NCBI GenBank assembly: GCA_030295235.1
Contig: AP026149.1
Span: 248,001-312,000 of the forward strand
Length of the DNA: 64,000 bases
Direction: 5' to 3'
DNA from: Fistulifera solaris
Taxonomy: Eukaryota
A model generated the notes under the pieces. It searched no databases. It had not been told where the DNA came from and saw only the letters and a list, made by a program, of their open reading frames with translations. Shown piece after piece: positions 35,761-48,285 of the stretch; position 1 is the stretch's first letter, and each line of letters starts with the position of its first letter. Both the position numbers and the translations under genes were made by a program.

Positions 35761-38520
35761 ATGACAGAAGATTACACAACAGGAATAGAAGAGCGTTTGG
35801 TCTGTATGGCGGTAGTGGAAGACGGTCCGCGTATAGGTTTTGCGGCGTTTTTGGAAGAAAGCAACACAATCGTGCTCGAAGACAGCCCGGCGGATGGTTA
35901 TGATACACAGGCACTGATCGAGCGTGTCTTGGCCCTCGTTCAGCCAAATCTTTTGCTTCTTTCAAGCAAAATCATTAGTAACACCAACTTGCTGGAAGTC
36001 TTGACGGTACCGCAAAGCACCGTCGTAGAAGATACACACAATGACGAGGAAGAGGGCGAAATGAATGTTCGACTTTCCCGGCGATCTCAAACAACGCCTT
36101 ACAAAATCATGAAATCGTCTTGTTATGAGAAAAAGCGCTGTCGGTCCATAATTCTGAGAATGCAAGTGAATTCCATCATGAATCGTCGTCAACGTGGTCA
36201 CTCGCACCAAGATTCGGGCAGGCGCTTTCCTACGGAGAACGAGCATAGGCACATTGCTTCCTTTCAAGTGTCGAATTACCATGCTTTGGCTTCTTTGGTG
36301 GATTTCGACTCGACGGTACAAGTGCAGGCATTGGGATGTCTGTTATCTTTCCTCGAGACAAAATTTTTCGGCAACCAAGGCGGTATCGTCGTGGTCGACG
36401 ACATTGTACATTGCCAAGCGTCACACTACATGGCGATGAATCCCGATACACTTGCCGCGTTGAATATATTTGCTATCGAACATCATCCGTTGGCTGCTTC
36501 GAATGGTTACGGGAATGCGAAAGAAGGACAGAGTCTATATGCATTGTTGAATCGAACAAAAAGTAAACCCGGTAGACAGCGTCTGCGAGAGATCATGCTA
36601 AAACCATTGCTGGACGTGGATGCGATAACGATGCGGCAAGATGGTGTCGAATTCTTTCTCCAAGATGATACTCAAAGGTGGTCCCCACGCTGATGCATCA
36701 GCTACGAAACGTAGGAGCCGTCGACAAGATCCTGAATCGGATCCATAAGTGCTGCTCACAGTCAAACGATATTCTCGTATTCACCAAGACTTTAGCAGCT
36801 TCCATTGCTATCATTTCCGCCCTGCAAAACGAAGTTCTCTTGAAGCTTGAATACCAGTTGGAGCAGGTGGCGAGGCCGAACGCAGAAATTGAATGGGCGA
36901 TAGACCCAATGTCGAAGCGATACTACGACTTTGTTCGAAATGTGCTGCAGCGATGTCACGTCGATATTCTGGAAGATCTTCTCGATCTTATTTCGTCTAT
37001 GATCGACGAGGAAACGACAAGTACTACTGGTACTGTGGCTATCCGGAGTGGGTACAACGCGGAGCTGGATCAATGGAAAGTCCAATACGACAGCCTCCGA
37101 GATACTCTCTCTGCCTATAGCAATCAAATGCAACAGCGATGGCCTAGCCTGAGGAGTTTGATGGTTCTTTTCATGCCACAGGTGAATACAAACATGATAA
37201 AAGCACAGGAGCGAGATCTACCAGTGACTGACTCACTTGCACTCTATCCTCACCCAGGTCGGCTTCCTTATTGGTCTCGAAAACGACGGAAGCTGGAATA
37301 ACTCCTTACCAGAAGACTTTCAATTTGTCTTTACGGAAGTAGGATGTAGTTATTTCAGAAATCAGGACACGAGACACCTGGACGAAGCCATTGGTGATCT
37401 CGATAGTCAAATCAAGGACACCGAGGCCCTGATCGTTTCCGAGCTCGAGGAGCACATCTTTACTTGTGATAAAGAGCTTCGTAGTACCTTCAATGCACTA
37501 GCGGAATTGGACTGTGTTCTTGCCTTCGCTGCATGCGCGGCGGATCAAAAGTACGTTCGTCCTATCCTTCTTCCTTGCGAAGAGAATTGCATCATAATTC
37601 AGAACGGCAGACATCCGCTGCAAGAAATCCTCATCGACGACACATTCGTTCCCAACGACGCGTGCATCAACAGCGATCACCGGGTCAACATCGTCACCGG
37701 GCCCAACTTTAGTGGCAAGAGCTGTTACGCGCGGCAAATCGGTATCATCACGTACATGGCGCACATTGGCTGCTTCGTTCCGTGTGACAATGCCCAGATA
37801 TCCGTTGTCGATCACATTTATGCCCGCTTCAGTGGAACCGAGACATGTGCCGTCCCACAAAGTAGTTTTCAACTTGATCTCACACAAATGGGCACCATCC
37901 TTCGACGCGCAAGTCCTAATTCCTTGGTGATTATTGATGAATTCGGAAAAGGTAAGTAGCATCAAGGTCAAGACTGGTTCGTTTTACCCAAAAAAATTCA
38001 CTCAGATGGCTTTTTGGCAGGAACCAGCCCGGCTTCGGGTGTAGCCTTATTGGCATCCGCATTAAGTCATTTAGCAGGGAGAGACTGTAAAGTAGTGTGC
38101 ACCACCCATTTCCTCGAACTTTTCTCCATGGGAATTATACCGGAAGCCGACCACGGGTTCCGAGCTTTGCGCATGGCCGTTCATTTACCAGAACATGACA
38201 AAGAACAAGCGACGCCGCTCTTTCGGTTGGAAGTGGGCGTGGCCAGTTCCTCGGCAGGGATTGTCTGTGCGGAATTGGCCGGTGTGAAGCCGGCGGTTAT
38301 CGATCGTGCTCGGGAAATCGTCCATGCGACCCGAGAAAAGAGAAAGGTGTCGCCTCTGGCAGAGATTTTACGTGTGCAAATGGGGCTAACAAGGGAAGCG
38401 TGTGAATTGCTGTCTCAGTTTCTAGAAAAGGATCCGGACCAAATGGCAGATGATGAAATTGAAGAGTTTGTATTGAAGTGTAGATTGTATCTTCAAAACA
38501 ATCGTCACGGCAGTTCCTGA
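35761..38520 (+). CDS. MSH5: MutS homolog 5 (meiotic crossover protein)
   Basis: ALNIF...KEGQSLYALLNRTKS, GRHPLQE, TGPNFSGKSCY, SSFQLDL, IDEFGKGT, TTHF motifs; no mismatch-recognition domain I. Introns near 37182-37257 and 37952-38020; frameshift near 36675. Confidence 0.85.
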
Positions 38521-38842
38521 TCAAGTCGTCCCAACAACTCATTTTCTTTCTTGGAATTGATTCAGTTTCAAGTAGTAATGATCAAAGTTATCTACTTTGC
38601 TGATTGTATTGAACTCTGTCGTTGTTTTTTTACGCCATGGTATACAAGTGGTTGTCGTTGTCGCGTCGGTCCGCGCCATCGAACGAAAAAGGAAAAAGCA
38701 CCAAACTATTTTATTTCTAACCTTAATGGCGCGCATTCTGCGTGGTACGGTGGGTGCACGACTGAAGGACGAATTCCGTGGAAAATTTTTTTTCGTGACA
38801 CGCTTTTCCGCGGTTTTCGGCATGCGATCAAGGTCAATGCGA

Positions 38843-40721
38843 ATGAAGCTCACAATACATAACTCATCTATCGTTTTGGTGATGCTAGCTACAATTCCAA
38901 CAACAGCAACCCTTAGCAGCACTACGACAACTTCTCGTGCTCCTCATCATGTCACTCAAACCGCAAATTGGAGTTCAAACACGATTTCGTCCTTCAACGG
39001 ACAAATTCTAGGCTTCGAAGGATCACTCGACTTTGACGGAGTCGAGTTGTTTCGACATACACAAGTAGCTTTTGAACGAGGATTCATTCACGGCTTGGTT
39101 GGTCCGAACGGGTCGGGTAAGACTTCTTTAGTACGGGCGTTGCCTCATCTTCCCCTTTTTCCGGAACGAGGTAGTTTCTGTTGGGAGTACATTGCGGCCG
39201 ATGTCGAGGATGACACGACTTCTCTCAAAACAGATTGTTCTGCACGTGACTATTGTCTGAATAGGATACAGAAGCGTGTGCAAGAAATCGATCATGAGAT
39301 TGGTCGGATGGAAGTACAACTCGAAACGGAAAGCAACGATACGTCCATTGAAGAAATTAGTACTCGCCTTGGTGAACTTTACGAACTAAAGGAAGACATT
39401 GAGTTGCAGGCGAGTACACAATTGGTGGAAATGTTTCAGCAGTTAAATTTTGGTGAAAAGTATCCGGAGCAACCTTACGGTCAATTGTCAAGTGGTTGGA
39501 AATTCAAATGTCAACTGATAGCGGGGCTTTTGACACAGCCGGACTGTTTGATTATCGATGAGCCGTCCTTTTTGGATACAACGGCCACCGCATGGTTGGT
39601 GGATCAATTGAAACACTTGGCCCATTCTCCCAACACTTCGAACAAGGCTATCGTCATTCTGATTTCTCACAAGGAAGCCTTGTTGGACGAAGTATGTGAT
39701 CGGATTCTATATCTCAATCCAGCCAGTAAGAATTTGACAATGTACAATTGTTCCTTCCGCGAATTTCAAGTGGCACATGCGGACCGTGTCGCGCATGCCA
39801 AAAAGGCCAAGGAGCTGAGCGCAGAAGCCAGGGACGATGCCAAGGATTCTCTGCAACAATTGCGTCAGCAACTGCACAAGCGAGAACAAAATTTCAGAGC
39901 AACCACTTTTAAAGATCACGACAAGCGCTGGATTAAAGGCAAGAACAAGGAAGCGAAGCAGAATGCGGATCACAGTGCTGCTTCAAAACTGAAACGACTC
40001 AAGAAAAAAGCCGACGAACTGGCGGAACAAGAAGAGGAATTGCGAGAAACGAAAGTGTGTCCTCTCAAACTAGAAGGCGCGGCTCCGTCGGATGGTGTCC
40101 TGGTAGAGTTCAGTGATGTTGATTTTCATTTCGAGGGAGCGCGGGATATGCTTTTGGAGTACGTCGACGTTCAAATCAAAAGTGAGGACCGAATTTTGCT
40201 CCAAGGAGAAAACGGACAAGGCAAGACGACATTATCGAAATTAATTATGGGGGAGTTGGAGCCCACCCATGGCACTATCCGCCGTAACCTACCTGTCGTA
40301 GCTCACTTTCATCAGGAAGCCCTGCGCGAATTAATGGACGATTATGGAAAGTCGAATGCCCTTGATTTCCTACTCACGAAGAATCCCAAATTTACCATGG
40401 TACAAGCCCGAACATATGCAGGTCGTTTTTGGTCTAAAGGGAAACATAGCTCTCCGTCCCATTCGAACACTTTCGGCAGGTCAGCGCGTCCGTCTCTGGT
40501 TGGCTCGCGAGTTTTTGGGCGATAGTAAGCCTTCTATGCTGGTTTTAGATGAAGTAACCGAAAATTTGGACAAAGAGACCACCGATTCCTTACTCAAAGC
40601 GTTGGAGGAATTCCCGGCGGCGATTGTGGCAATTTCACATGATGACTATTTCGCCGAGAAATTTCAGGAGACCCAACTGTGGATCGTAGGGAATGCAAGA
40701 GTTCAAGTTGAATACAAGTAA
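38843..40721 (+). CDS. ABC-F family ATPase
   Basis: Two NBDs (GPNGSGKT/LSSGW/IIDEP and GENGQGKT/LSAGQ/VLDE), no TM domain, hydrophobic N-terminal presequence. Frameshift in the T run near 40426-40430. Confidence 0.85.
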
Positions 40722-41097
40722 AAGAATCTCTCATCACGATCAGGAGAGCAGCTAAAGGAATTGTAATGGATTCAATGAACAACATGATTGATTTGGTTCT
40801 TGGACATCGCTTTCTTGCCAAAATATTAGGACTTTAGGACCGTACTGGTAGCGGTACTGGTAGCTAAAGCGTATTCGTCTCCCGTCGATCGAATATAACC
40901 GTATCCTTAGGACATTCTTTTTCATTTCGCCACGTACGCGAAATAGAGCCGATGGGAGATCGAAACCAAATGAAATAGCCAAAGCACAAAGCAAAGGGAA
41001 AAGCAGCAGCACTCATAATAACATATGTACAGCGAATACATAATAACGTACGAGAGAGAAGAAGAAGAAAAGGAAAGAGAGCACAACTTCGCACAGC

Positions 41098-41962
41098 ATG
41101 GTTCCTCAAATAGCTACCCGTTTGGCTTTCCTGACGTTCATATCATGGCTCTCGTCGACATCGGCATTGGAAGTGTCACGGCGTGCCGTGTTGATAACAT
41201 CCATCCCCAGTATGGCAACCGCAATCGAACCGAACGGCCTGGCATACCGTTTACAGCAACGTGATCCGGCTGCGTTGAAGAATCGTTTATTCAATCTTCC
41301 GCCAACACAACAACTGTATCCAACTTGGATGAGAGGATTGTGGAATATAGAGATGAGTTTCTCGGGCTTTTTGTTTCCCAGTCAAACGATTACGAAGGAA
41401 ACGCTGTTACGCGATTTCGCTATTGCGGGTTTTCAAAATGTTCCATTGCGCACATTGCGGATGTCGGGAAAGAAAAGGTGACAATGCCAATGGCCATCGA
41501 CCGCGAGACAGGCTGGGAAGATCGTGTTTTCAATTTGCGACAAACCATTGATGCTCATTTGGGTTATGCCGCTGTGCAAGAAGTACTGTACGATGGAAAG
41601 AAAAATCCGAATCGAATTGGTATCAACTTTGTCAATTACCGAACGACGAACGCGGAACGAATTGAACTCTTTTGTAATGCCCGTGAAGCCGAGGAATACG
41701 AGACGAATGGAACATCTTATTTCGTCCATGGCGAATACATTCGTCAAGTGACGTTTGGAACCGGATCCACCGTCGGTGTACCTCGACAAGTTAGCACCAA
41801 TTACGGGCATTTCTGGACTTGGCAAAAGAAAGTGACAATTCAATTCGAGGAAATCTACTGACGGCAGCCTATCTCGATCCGCAAGACCCGCTGTATTTTC
41901 AAGAACCCACATTACCGGTTGTCATCTATTCGCATCTACTCACAGGAAAATTAGTCGTATAA
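41098..41962 (+). CDS. Conserved algal hypothetical protein (DUF6816-like), possibly plastid/thylakoid-targeted
   Basis: Signal peptide, SRRAVL twin-Arg-like motif, YPTWMRGLW, DRVFNL, AAYLDPQDPLYF. Two frameshifts (about 41432 and 41825). Confidence 0.6.
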
Positions 41963-41967
41963 AATGG

Positions 41968-42699
41968 TTAGACGCACGCACTTGGATTCCTTGGAGGGAC
42001 GAGTAAAGTACATTTTTCAACATTTCTACGATGACTCATGATGACGCTATTAGCATTGGAGCTAGAAAGACTGATTCCGTTTTGTTCCATGCCATGCTCA
42101 CACGATCGCATATCACATACTTTACAATCATTGCATGCCTTCCGGCGGGCGTTTCTCACTTTTCGTGGAGCGGACTCACCAAAACGTCGTGCGTGGTGAT
42201 CTTGTCCTGATACGACACGGATTTGGCATGGAGAGCCGCTTTAATTTTCAAAAGCGCACTAGTGTGGCTCATTTCCAGAAAATGTCCCGTTATGTTATCT
42301 TTTTTTCAAAAAGCGGCCACCGTGACTCGCGATAATTTTGAAAACGCCATTGACGATGGCGTTTTTTTGCTCATTGGTGCCAGTGCAGTAAACACCTACC
42401 AAGTCGTTTATGAGCTTGCGGTATCGGATGTTTCCCATGTGATGAGAAACAACCGATCCGTTGCCGGCAATGACATCAAAATGATTGAAGTAATGGCTTT
42501 TTGTAGTCGTATTGGTAGAAGAACCGCTTAGAGGGGATGAAGGTGTAACAGAATGAGATCGCTCACCCTTCGCATCGTAAATGGGAAGAATCGCCATGGC
42601 TACTGCCGTGGATTTTTGTGAATGTATTTTCTCATGCAACCATTGCTGAACTTCATACGCCATCTGCTGTTTCATTTCTTCTACTTCATCATTCGACAT
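41968..42699 (-). CDS. DUF6824-family diatom protein
   Basis: FDVIAGNG...HMGNIRYRKLI...KNAIV...GGRFLKK motif; continues after a homopolymer frameshift near 42300. Confidence 0.7.
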
Positions 42700-43708
42700 C
42701 CTCTTGTAATGAGAGACAAATGCTTTTTTGAAACGGATCCAAGCGCAAAGGAATATAAGTAGAAATAAATCAATCCAGCATTGGAGAAATATTCTTGTGC
42801 TTTGAAGACGTCGGACTTTACATCATAATGTTGAAAACCAAACGAAAGCGGTCCATGCCGCATGCAGTAGAAAGGTTGATCCCATTTTCGTCTGTCAGCT
42901 GTCGGGTCATGCGTCGTCCCAGTCGCGAATGTAGTCACGAGTAAAGCACTGAATGCGTTCGCACTTTTTTATGAAGTTGCTCTCTTCATAGTCTTAACAA
43001 GCAACGGATGAACAAGCAGCCCGCAGGTTTACCGTCACGGTCTTGCTTGAAGACACTTTACAGCTTTGCTCCTACGGTCGCGGTCAAAGCCGTCGGTGCG
43101 GAAGCATGCTGTACTTTTTATTCTGGAACATCGAGGTCTCGTAGTTCCGGTCGATCACTGTCCCAATATGAATTTTTAAATCTCCATCGACGCTATGCCT
43201 CTGCTATCGCTACCGCAAACCACGTTATGTTTACATGTCTCCGACGGAAAAGGAACCGCGTTTTGATAGCATCCCCCCTCCCGCTACCAGACATGATAAA
43301 TTTTCATGATCGCTTTACTATCTTGAATTTCGTGCAACCTCCGGTTGTATTATGTATCTTGACAAAACGACCACCTTGATCTCGAAACAACTAGTGGACA
43401 TTTCGTATCAATAGTTTCCATTTTGATCGCTTACGTGCAACAAAATCACCTTCCAATCGACAAGTCAGTTCGCGAAGGTATCGGATATTTCCCTGTAACT
43501 TCCCCAAGACTGAATTGTGGTCACGAGTCCTTTCGGAAATCCGTGTGGAAGCGCGGCAAATTGAAGAGAAGCAAAATAAACAGACGTGAAAGAGCACAAA
43601 CGCAAATACAATGCACCCAATACCCTAACAAATAACGATTATAAATCATGCCAAACAACAAAACTTCAGAAGAGGCGTCTAGAAACGATTCGGCGCAAGC
43701 CGGGAGCC

Positions 43709-44268
43709 ATGAGCGCGGACGAACGCGCAGCACGAATGCTTTACGTCATGGACCAATTGACGACAATCTACGGCTTTGCTCCTTCCGTTGCGGAACAAGC
43801 GATTGAAGCCGTCGGTGCCGACGTGGAAGCTTGTTGTAGTTATATTTTAGATCATCAATTAGCGGAAGATCAAGGAGGACCCGTATTTCCGGTCGATCAC
43901 TGTCCCCATTTGAATGTACAAATCACCATCGACGCACTGCCTCTGCTTCCGCAAACCACGTCGTGTTCACACGTCTCTGACGGTAAAGGAACGGGTCGTT
44001 TGAAGGCTACAACTAGTGATGATGGGTATTCGTGCCCGTCAACCACCGAAAATTGGATTTGTTTGGAATGTGGGGTCATTCGTTGTGGGAGATACGCCAA
44101 CGCACACGCTACGGCCCATTTCGACGCTTCAAGTCATGCGACGGTCATCAGCTTGGCGGATTTGTCGGTCTGGTGTTACCATTGTCAAGCCTATGTTGTC
44201 AGTCGAGACAACCAGGTGCTATGTGGTCTACTGGAAGAATTGGAAAAAGAAAGTTTCCAAATGAATGA
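43709..44268 (+). CDS. UBA-like plus UBP-type zinc finger (ubiquitin-binding) protein
   Basis: ENWICLECGVIRCGRYANAHATAH...SLADLSVWCYHCQAYV is a zf-UBP signature; N-terminal YGFAPSVAEQAIEAVG is UBA-like. Confidence 0.8.
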
Positions 44269-44345
44269 TGAACAAATATTATATAAGGAGTATATCGTCA
44301 CAAAAATTACTCAACAAATGAAATCAAAATGTTTCAAGTGCAGCT

Positions 44346-46336
44346 TTAATAGCTCTCATCGGCTTCCTTGTCGACAGGAGCTTCATCTTCATTCTCAGCT
44401 TTCTGAAGAACTTTGACTTTCGTTTCGTGGTCGTAAATGATGGCTTTGCCCGACTCATCGAACTTCAAAACTTGTTGATCGGCCGGCAGAATCAAGTTCA
44501 ACAACATGGCGATCACCGTTCCCACACAGTATCCGGTCGACAAGAAAATGGATACACCATTGCGGATACCCTTGAGAGATTCGGAACAGTCCTCGCATCT
44601 CCAAAAGTTGGCCGTGTACGACGAAGCACGCATATCTTGAAAGGCAAACGGCCAGACACTGACACCAACACCAATCGCCAAGGACAATGCTAAAATGAAT
44701 TTGTTCCGACGGGAGTGCAAATCAATGTTGCCGGTCAAGGCAATGCCAGAAGCCAAGACGTTAGCGAAAAGGAAGATCGTCATCCCGCCAATGACACAAT
44801 CGGGGATGCTGGTAATGACGCCGGCGAATTTACTAAGAACGCCCATGGTAATTAACCAGAAAGCACACGCATAACCGGATCGACGGGAAGCACACTTGGT
44901 GAGGGGAGATCACTCCATTGTTCTGTGAAAATGTCGTATTGGGCATGGAGGTGAAGATACCCGACAAGATGGAGCAGAAAGCATCTGAAGTGAGTCCACC
45001 TTGTACGCTTCCTTCGTAGTCTTCCGTGTCCGTGGGCAAGTCGGATGCTTCGAACGTAGCAGTGATGTCCCCCACCGTTTCGACCGTGGTGACGAGGTAA
45101 GCAATTAACATGGGAATAACTGCCGGTCCGTAAACTCCGAGGGGAAAGGTTTCGACCCACAAGAACGTGATGGGGTCAGCATCGGCAATCTTGTCTTTCG
45201 TGACATACTGGAGGCCATTGTAGTCCGAAACAGCAGCGATAAAGTAACCGAACATCAAGGCAATGAACACGTTGCAATTCTTCATGAAGACGCTTCCAAA
45301 TAATTCGATAAATACCAACATAATCATGACCGACGCACCCAATCCGATGTATTCGGTACTTCCAAAGCCGAGTGCGGTTTCCCCGTTTGTACAGGCCGGA
45401 CCAGGCGGAGGAAACGTGCCATTGTTGGCGTAGAAGGCATCCAACTGACTGTGTTCCTTCCAGACCATTTCGGCGCAAACGACACCTCCACCCCAGTACT
45501 TCATCCCGTTTCCGGTCAAGCCCACACCGATCAAAATGACCGTGACGGCTGTCACCAAAGGAGGGAAGAGTGACTTGATGTACTTGATGGGCATAACCGA
45601 AAAGAACACTTCGAGAAATCCACAAGCCATGGCCGTGCCTAAAACTTTGCCATAGGCTTCACGACCATCGATGCCATCCTCCTGTTGTGCATTGCAAGAG
45701 TGAATACGTGCGTCGATATTATATTGTATGACGAGAGCGCGCGTAGAACTTTTGCTTACCTTCATCTGGGCCACCGCAATTTCGAAAATAGGAAGAAACG
45801 TGAAAGACGTACCCTGTTCGGTGCAACGAGTGTGAAGCGAGTGTTTTGACAGTATTCTTCGTGTTCGATACAACTGTTTACTTACCATCACAGAGAGAAC
45901 TCCACTACCCAGATACAATTGACGACCCCAAAGTTTTTCCGTGAAAGGGATGGGGAATTTGGACAGGTTAATCAAGCTGCAAATTCCCGAAGCGATCAAT
46001 GCCGCTGAAATGGCGTACTGCTCTAGCGGGGGGCAAAGGGAAAGCCGCAAACGGCAAAGCGGAACACGACGAGGGAGGAGTGATAAGTCCTCCTACCATG
46101 GCAAAAGCGTGCTGGAGGCCCATAATAAGAGCTAGAAGGATAGGAATTGGCTCATCTGAAGGAACGTTAGATGTTCGACTGGAGCAAGTACGCAGGTGGT
46201 ACCTTTTTCACAACTCACCTCTTCCGTAAAAGTTCAGCTTGGCTTTGGGGGCTCGACTGAAGGGATTCATCGGCACGCACATGGAAGCGTAGTCATAGCG
46301 CTCACTGTCCCCAATGAACAACTCTTTTAAACCCAT
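44346..46336 (-). CDS. Xanthine/uric acid permease (NCS2/NAT family), multi-exon
   Basis: GTSFTFLP, FPPLVT, ETVGDITAT, NAT signature PNTTFSQNNGVI, IPDCVIGGMTIFLFA. Several short introns. Confidence 0.9.
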
Positions 46337-47003
46337 GGTTTCGTTGTAGACAGTTGGTAAGAAAGACGCTGAAATGAGCGTGACGATGCCGAATGAAACA
46401 ATAAACTTCACTCGAATTTATGAGAGCAGAGCTGGAAAAATCTTGTTCCAAAACTCATTCTGCCCCGTAGGAAGGTTACGTAGAACTCCCGAAAACACTT
46501 TCCGACTCATTATTTCTGCGCTTCACACTGTTTTCGTGATTATTCTAGCTTTATTGAGTGTGCTTTGAATTACACTAAACGGAAAATCGTATTGCTTACT
46601 TATAACTGTTCTTCGTTAGGATTTTTGAGTCTACAACAAGCAGTACATGTGGGTTATACCAAATCACTTTTTAACTTATAGTCGGCGATGTGTGTGTCAG
46701 CAAATTCTCGAAAGACAGGTGCCAAAAAGATACCGCTCCGTCAAACTTCTGCGTTTTAGTTGGGTAGATGGTAGATTGCATCCTTCACTGGAAATTCCGA
46801 AAAGATACTGCCGTCTTCTCATGAAGGAAGAAAAGCTCTATTCCTTTGAGAATGACGAGAGACGACGCGTCCTTTTTCCATCACATTTGAGACGAAGAAC
46901 AGCGAAATTGAAAGCCAACGAGTTCCCATTGGTGCAAGGGCGCTCGATTGCGTTCGAACAATCCTGTGAACTTGCCTTCTGTACGTTCACTCAAAGAACA
47001 AGA

Positions 47004-47644
47004 ATGTCGGTTGTGATTGATGAATCTCTTCAAAAGCCCCGCTCACAGCAACTCCTGCTGAATTAAAGCGGATGCTCCAGATTATTAAGCAAGACATTTT
47101 TCCTGTGACAGTGCAAGGTGTTGCCGATGGCAATAAAGTGTTTGGCGCTGCCATCTTGGACAAAGACTTTGTCACCACGTGTGTGGAAACAAACCGCGAG
47201 ACAACTTGTCCGCTTTTTTCACGGTGAAGTGCACGCCATCTATCAGTGGTCCAAGATGGTCGAACCGTCGCAACGTGGCCCCCTGGCACAATCGGCCAAC
47301 TTCTTGGCGACGCACGAACCGTGCTGCATGTGTGTGAGCAGCATCTTATGGTCAGGTTTCCAGAAAGTATTCTATTTCTTCCCCTACTCGGTGACTACGG
47401 CTCAAGGTATACCCCATGATGTGCGCACGATGCATGAACTTTGGGGAGTGCCGACGTATCGGAAGCAGAATCGATATCTCAGCACGGCATGTATTATGGA
47501 TCTCATTGAGGAACTGCCAGAAGGATCGGAAAAGAAGAACTATTGAATTTGCAGAATGAGCTCTCACCGGAGTACGAAAAACTTTCTAACAAATACCATA
47601 CCGAGAAGGTCGACAACAAAGACAATAGTTTGGTGCTGGCATAG
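47004..47644 (+). CDS. Cytidine-deaminase-fold zinc deaminase (guanine deaminase-like)
   Basis: GNKVFGAAIL, HGEVHAI and THEPCCMC zinc motifs; fragmented by about three 1-nt frameshifts; stop TAG 47642-47644. Confidence 0.75.
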
Positions 47645-48285
47645 AAAGACAACGTATGAAGGAGGTTTTGACCATTTGGCTTTGAAGCTGTCAAGTTTCA
47701 AGGCAGTACTGACGTATCTAATTGTCGAGGTCATTCAAATAATGATGAACAAGCTGTGCGATCTCCGGAGAGGAAAAGGTACGACACCAGATATTTCATA
47801 TAAGATTATCTTAGGTACTTTACCTCTCAGTCTCTTGTAGTCTAGTCCTGACTGTTTCTTTCGAGCAACGAATGAATACTTAGTTTAACTGTTGATAGCC
47901 AAATCCAGTTTTCTCGGATGATTCTGCAGTATCGGTATCGGTACCGGTCTCCAGCTTAACTGTATGCTTAAGTACCTGTAGGACCTCTTCTTTTTCACAG
48001 CAAAAGTCATCTGTCACGAAGAACAGAAGCGAACCGATGTCAAAAAAAAAGTGTCGAGTTCGCAAACTTTCGATTGTGTTCATGATAGAAGCGACAACCT
48101 GTCGACGGAGATATCTATGCAGAACAAAAAGCCTTGATGAAAGCACTCAACGAACAGGATCGAAGGCAGTTGAAGCCGTTCCTCCTGAGGGATGGGCATC
48201 CATAGAACCCTCATTTTAGAATACGCAACACAATACAGCCAACTGCTTCATTACGTAACACCTTCTTTTGACTTTGAATTAACAA

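Noticed and set aside
42700..43400. Possible degenerate second DUF6824 segment (HNVVCG) upstream of the DUF6824 gene
   Set aside because: Similarity is limited to a few residues and is interrupted by stops.
20734..47644. Two CDA-superfamily deaminases in one window as a linked editing system
   Set aside because: They are 26 kb apart and belong to different subfamilies; the first is an ordinary TadA.
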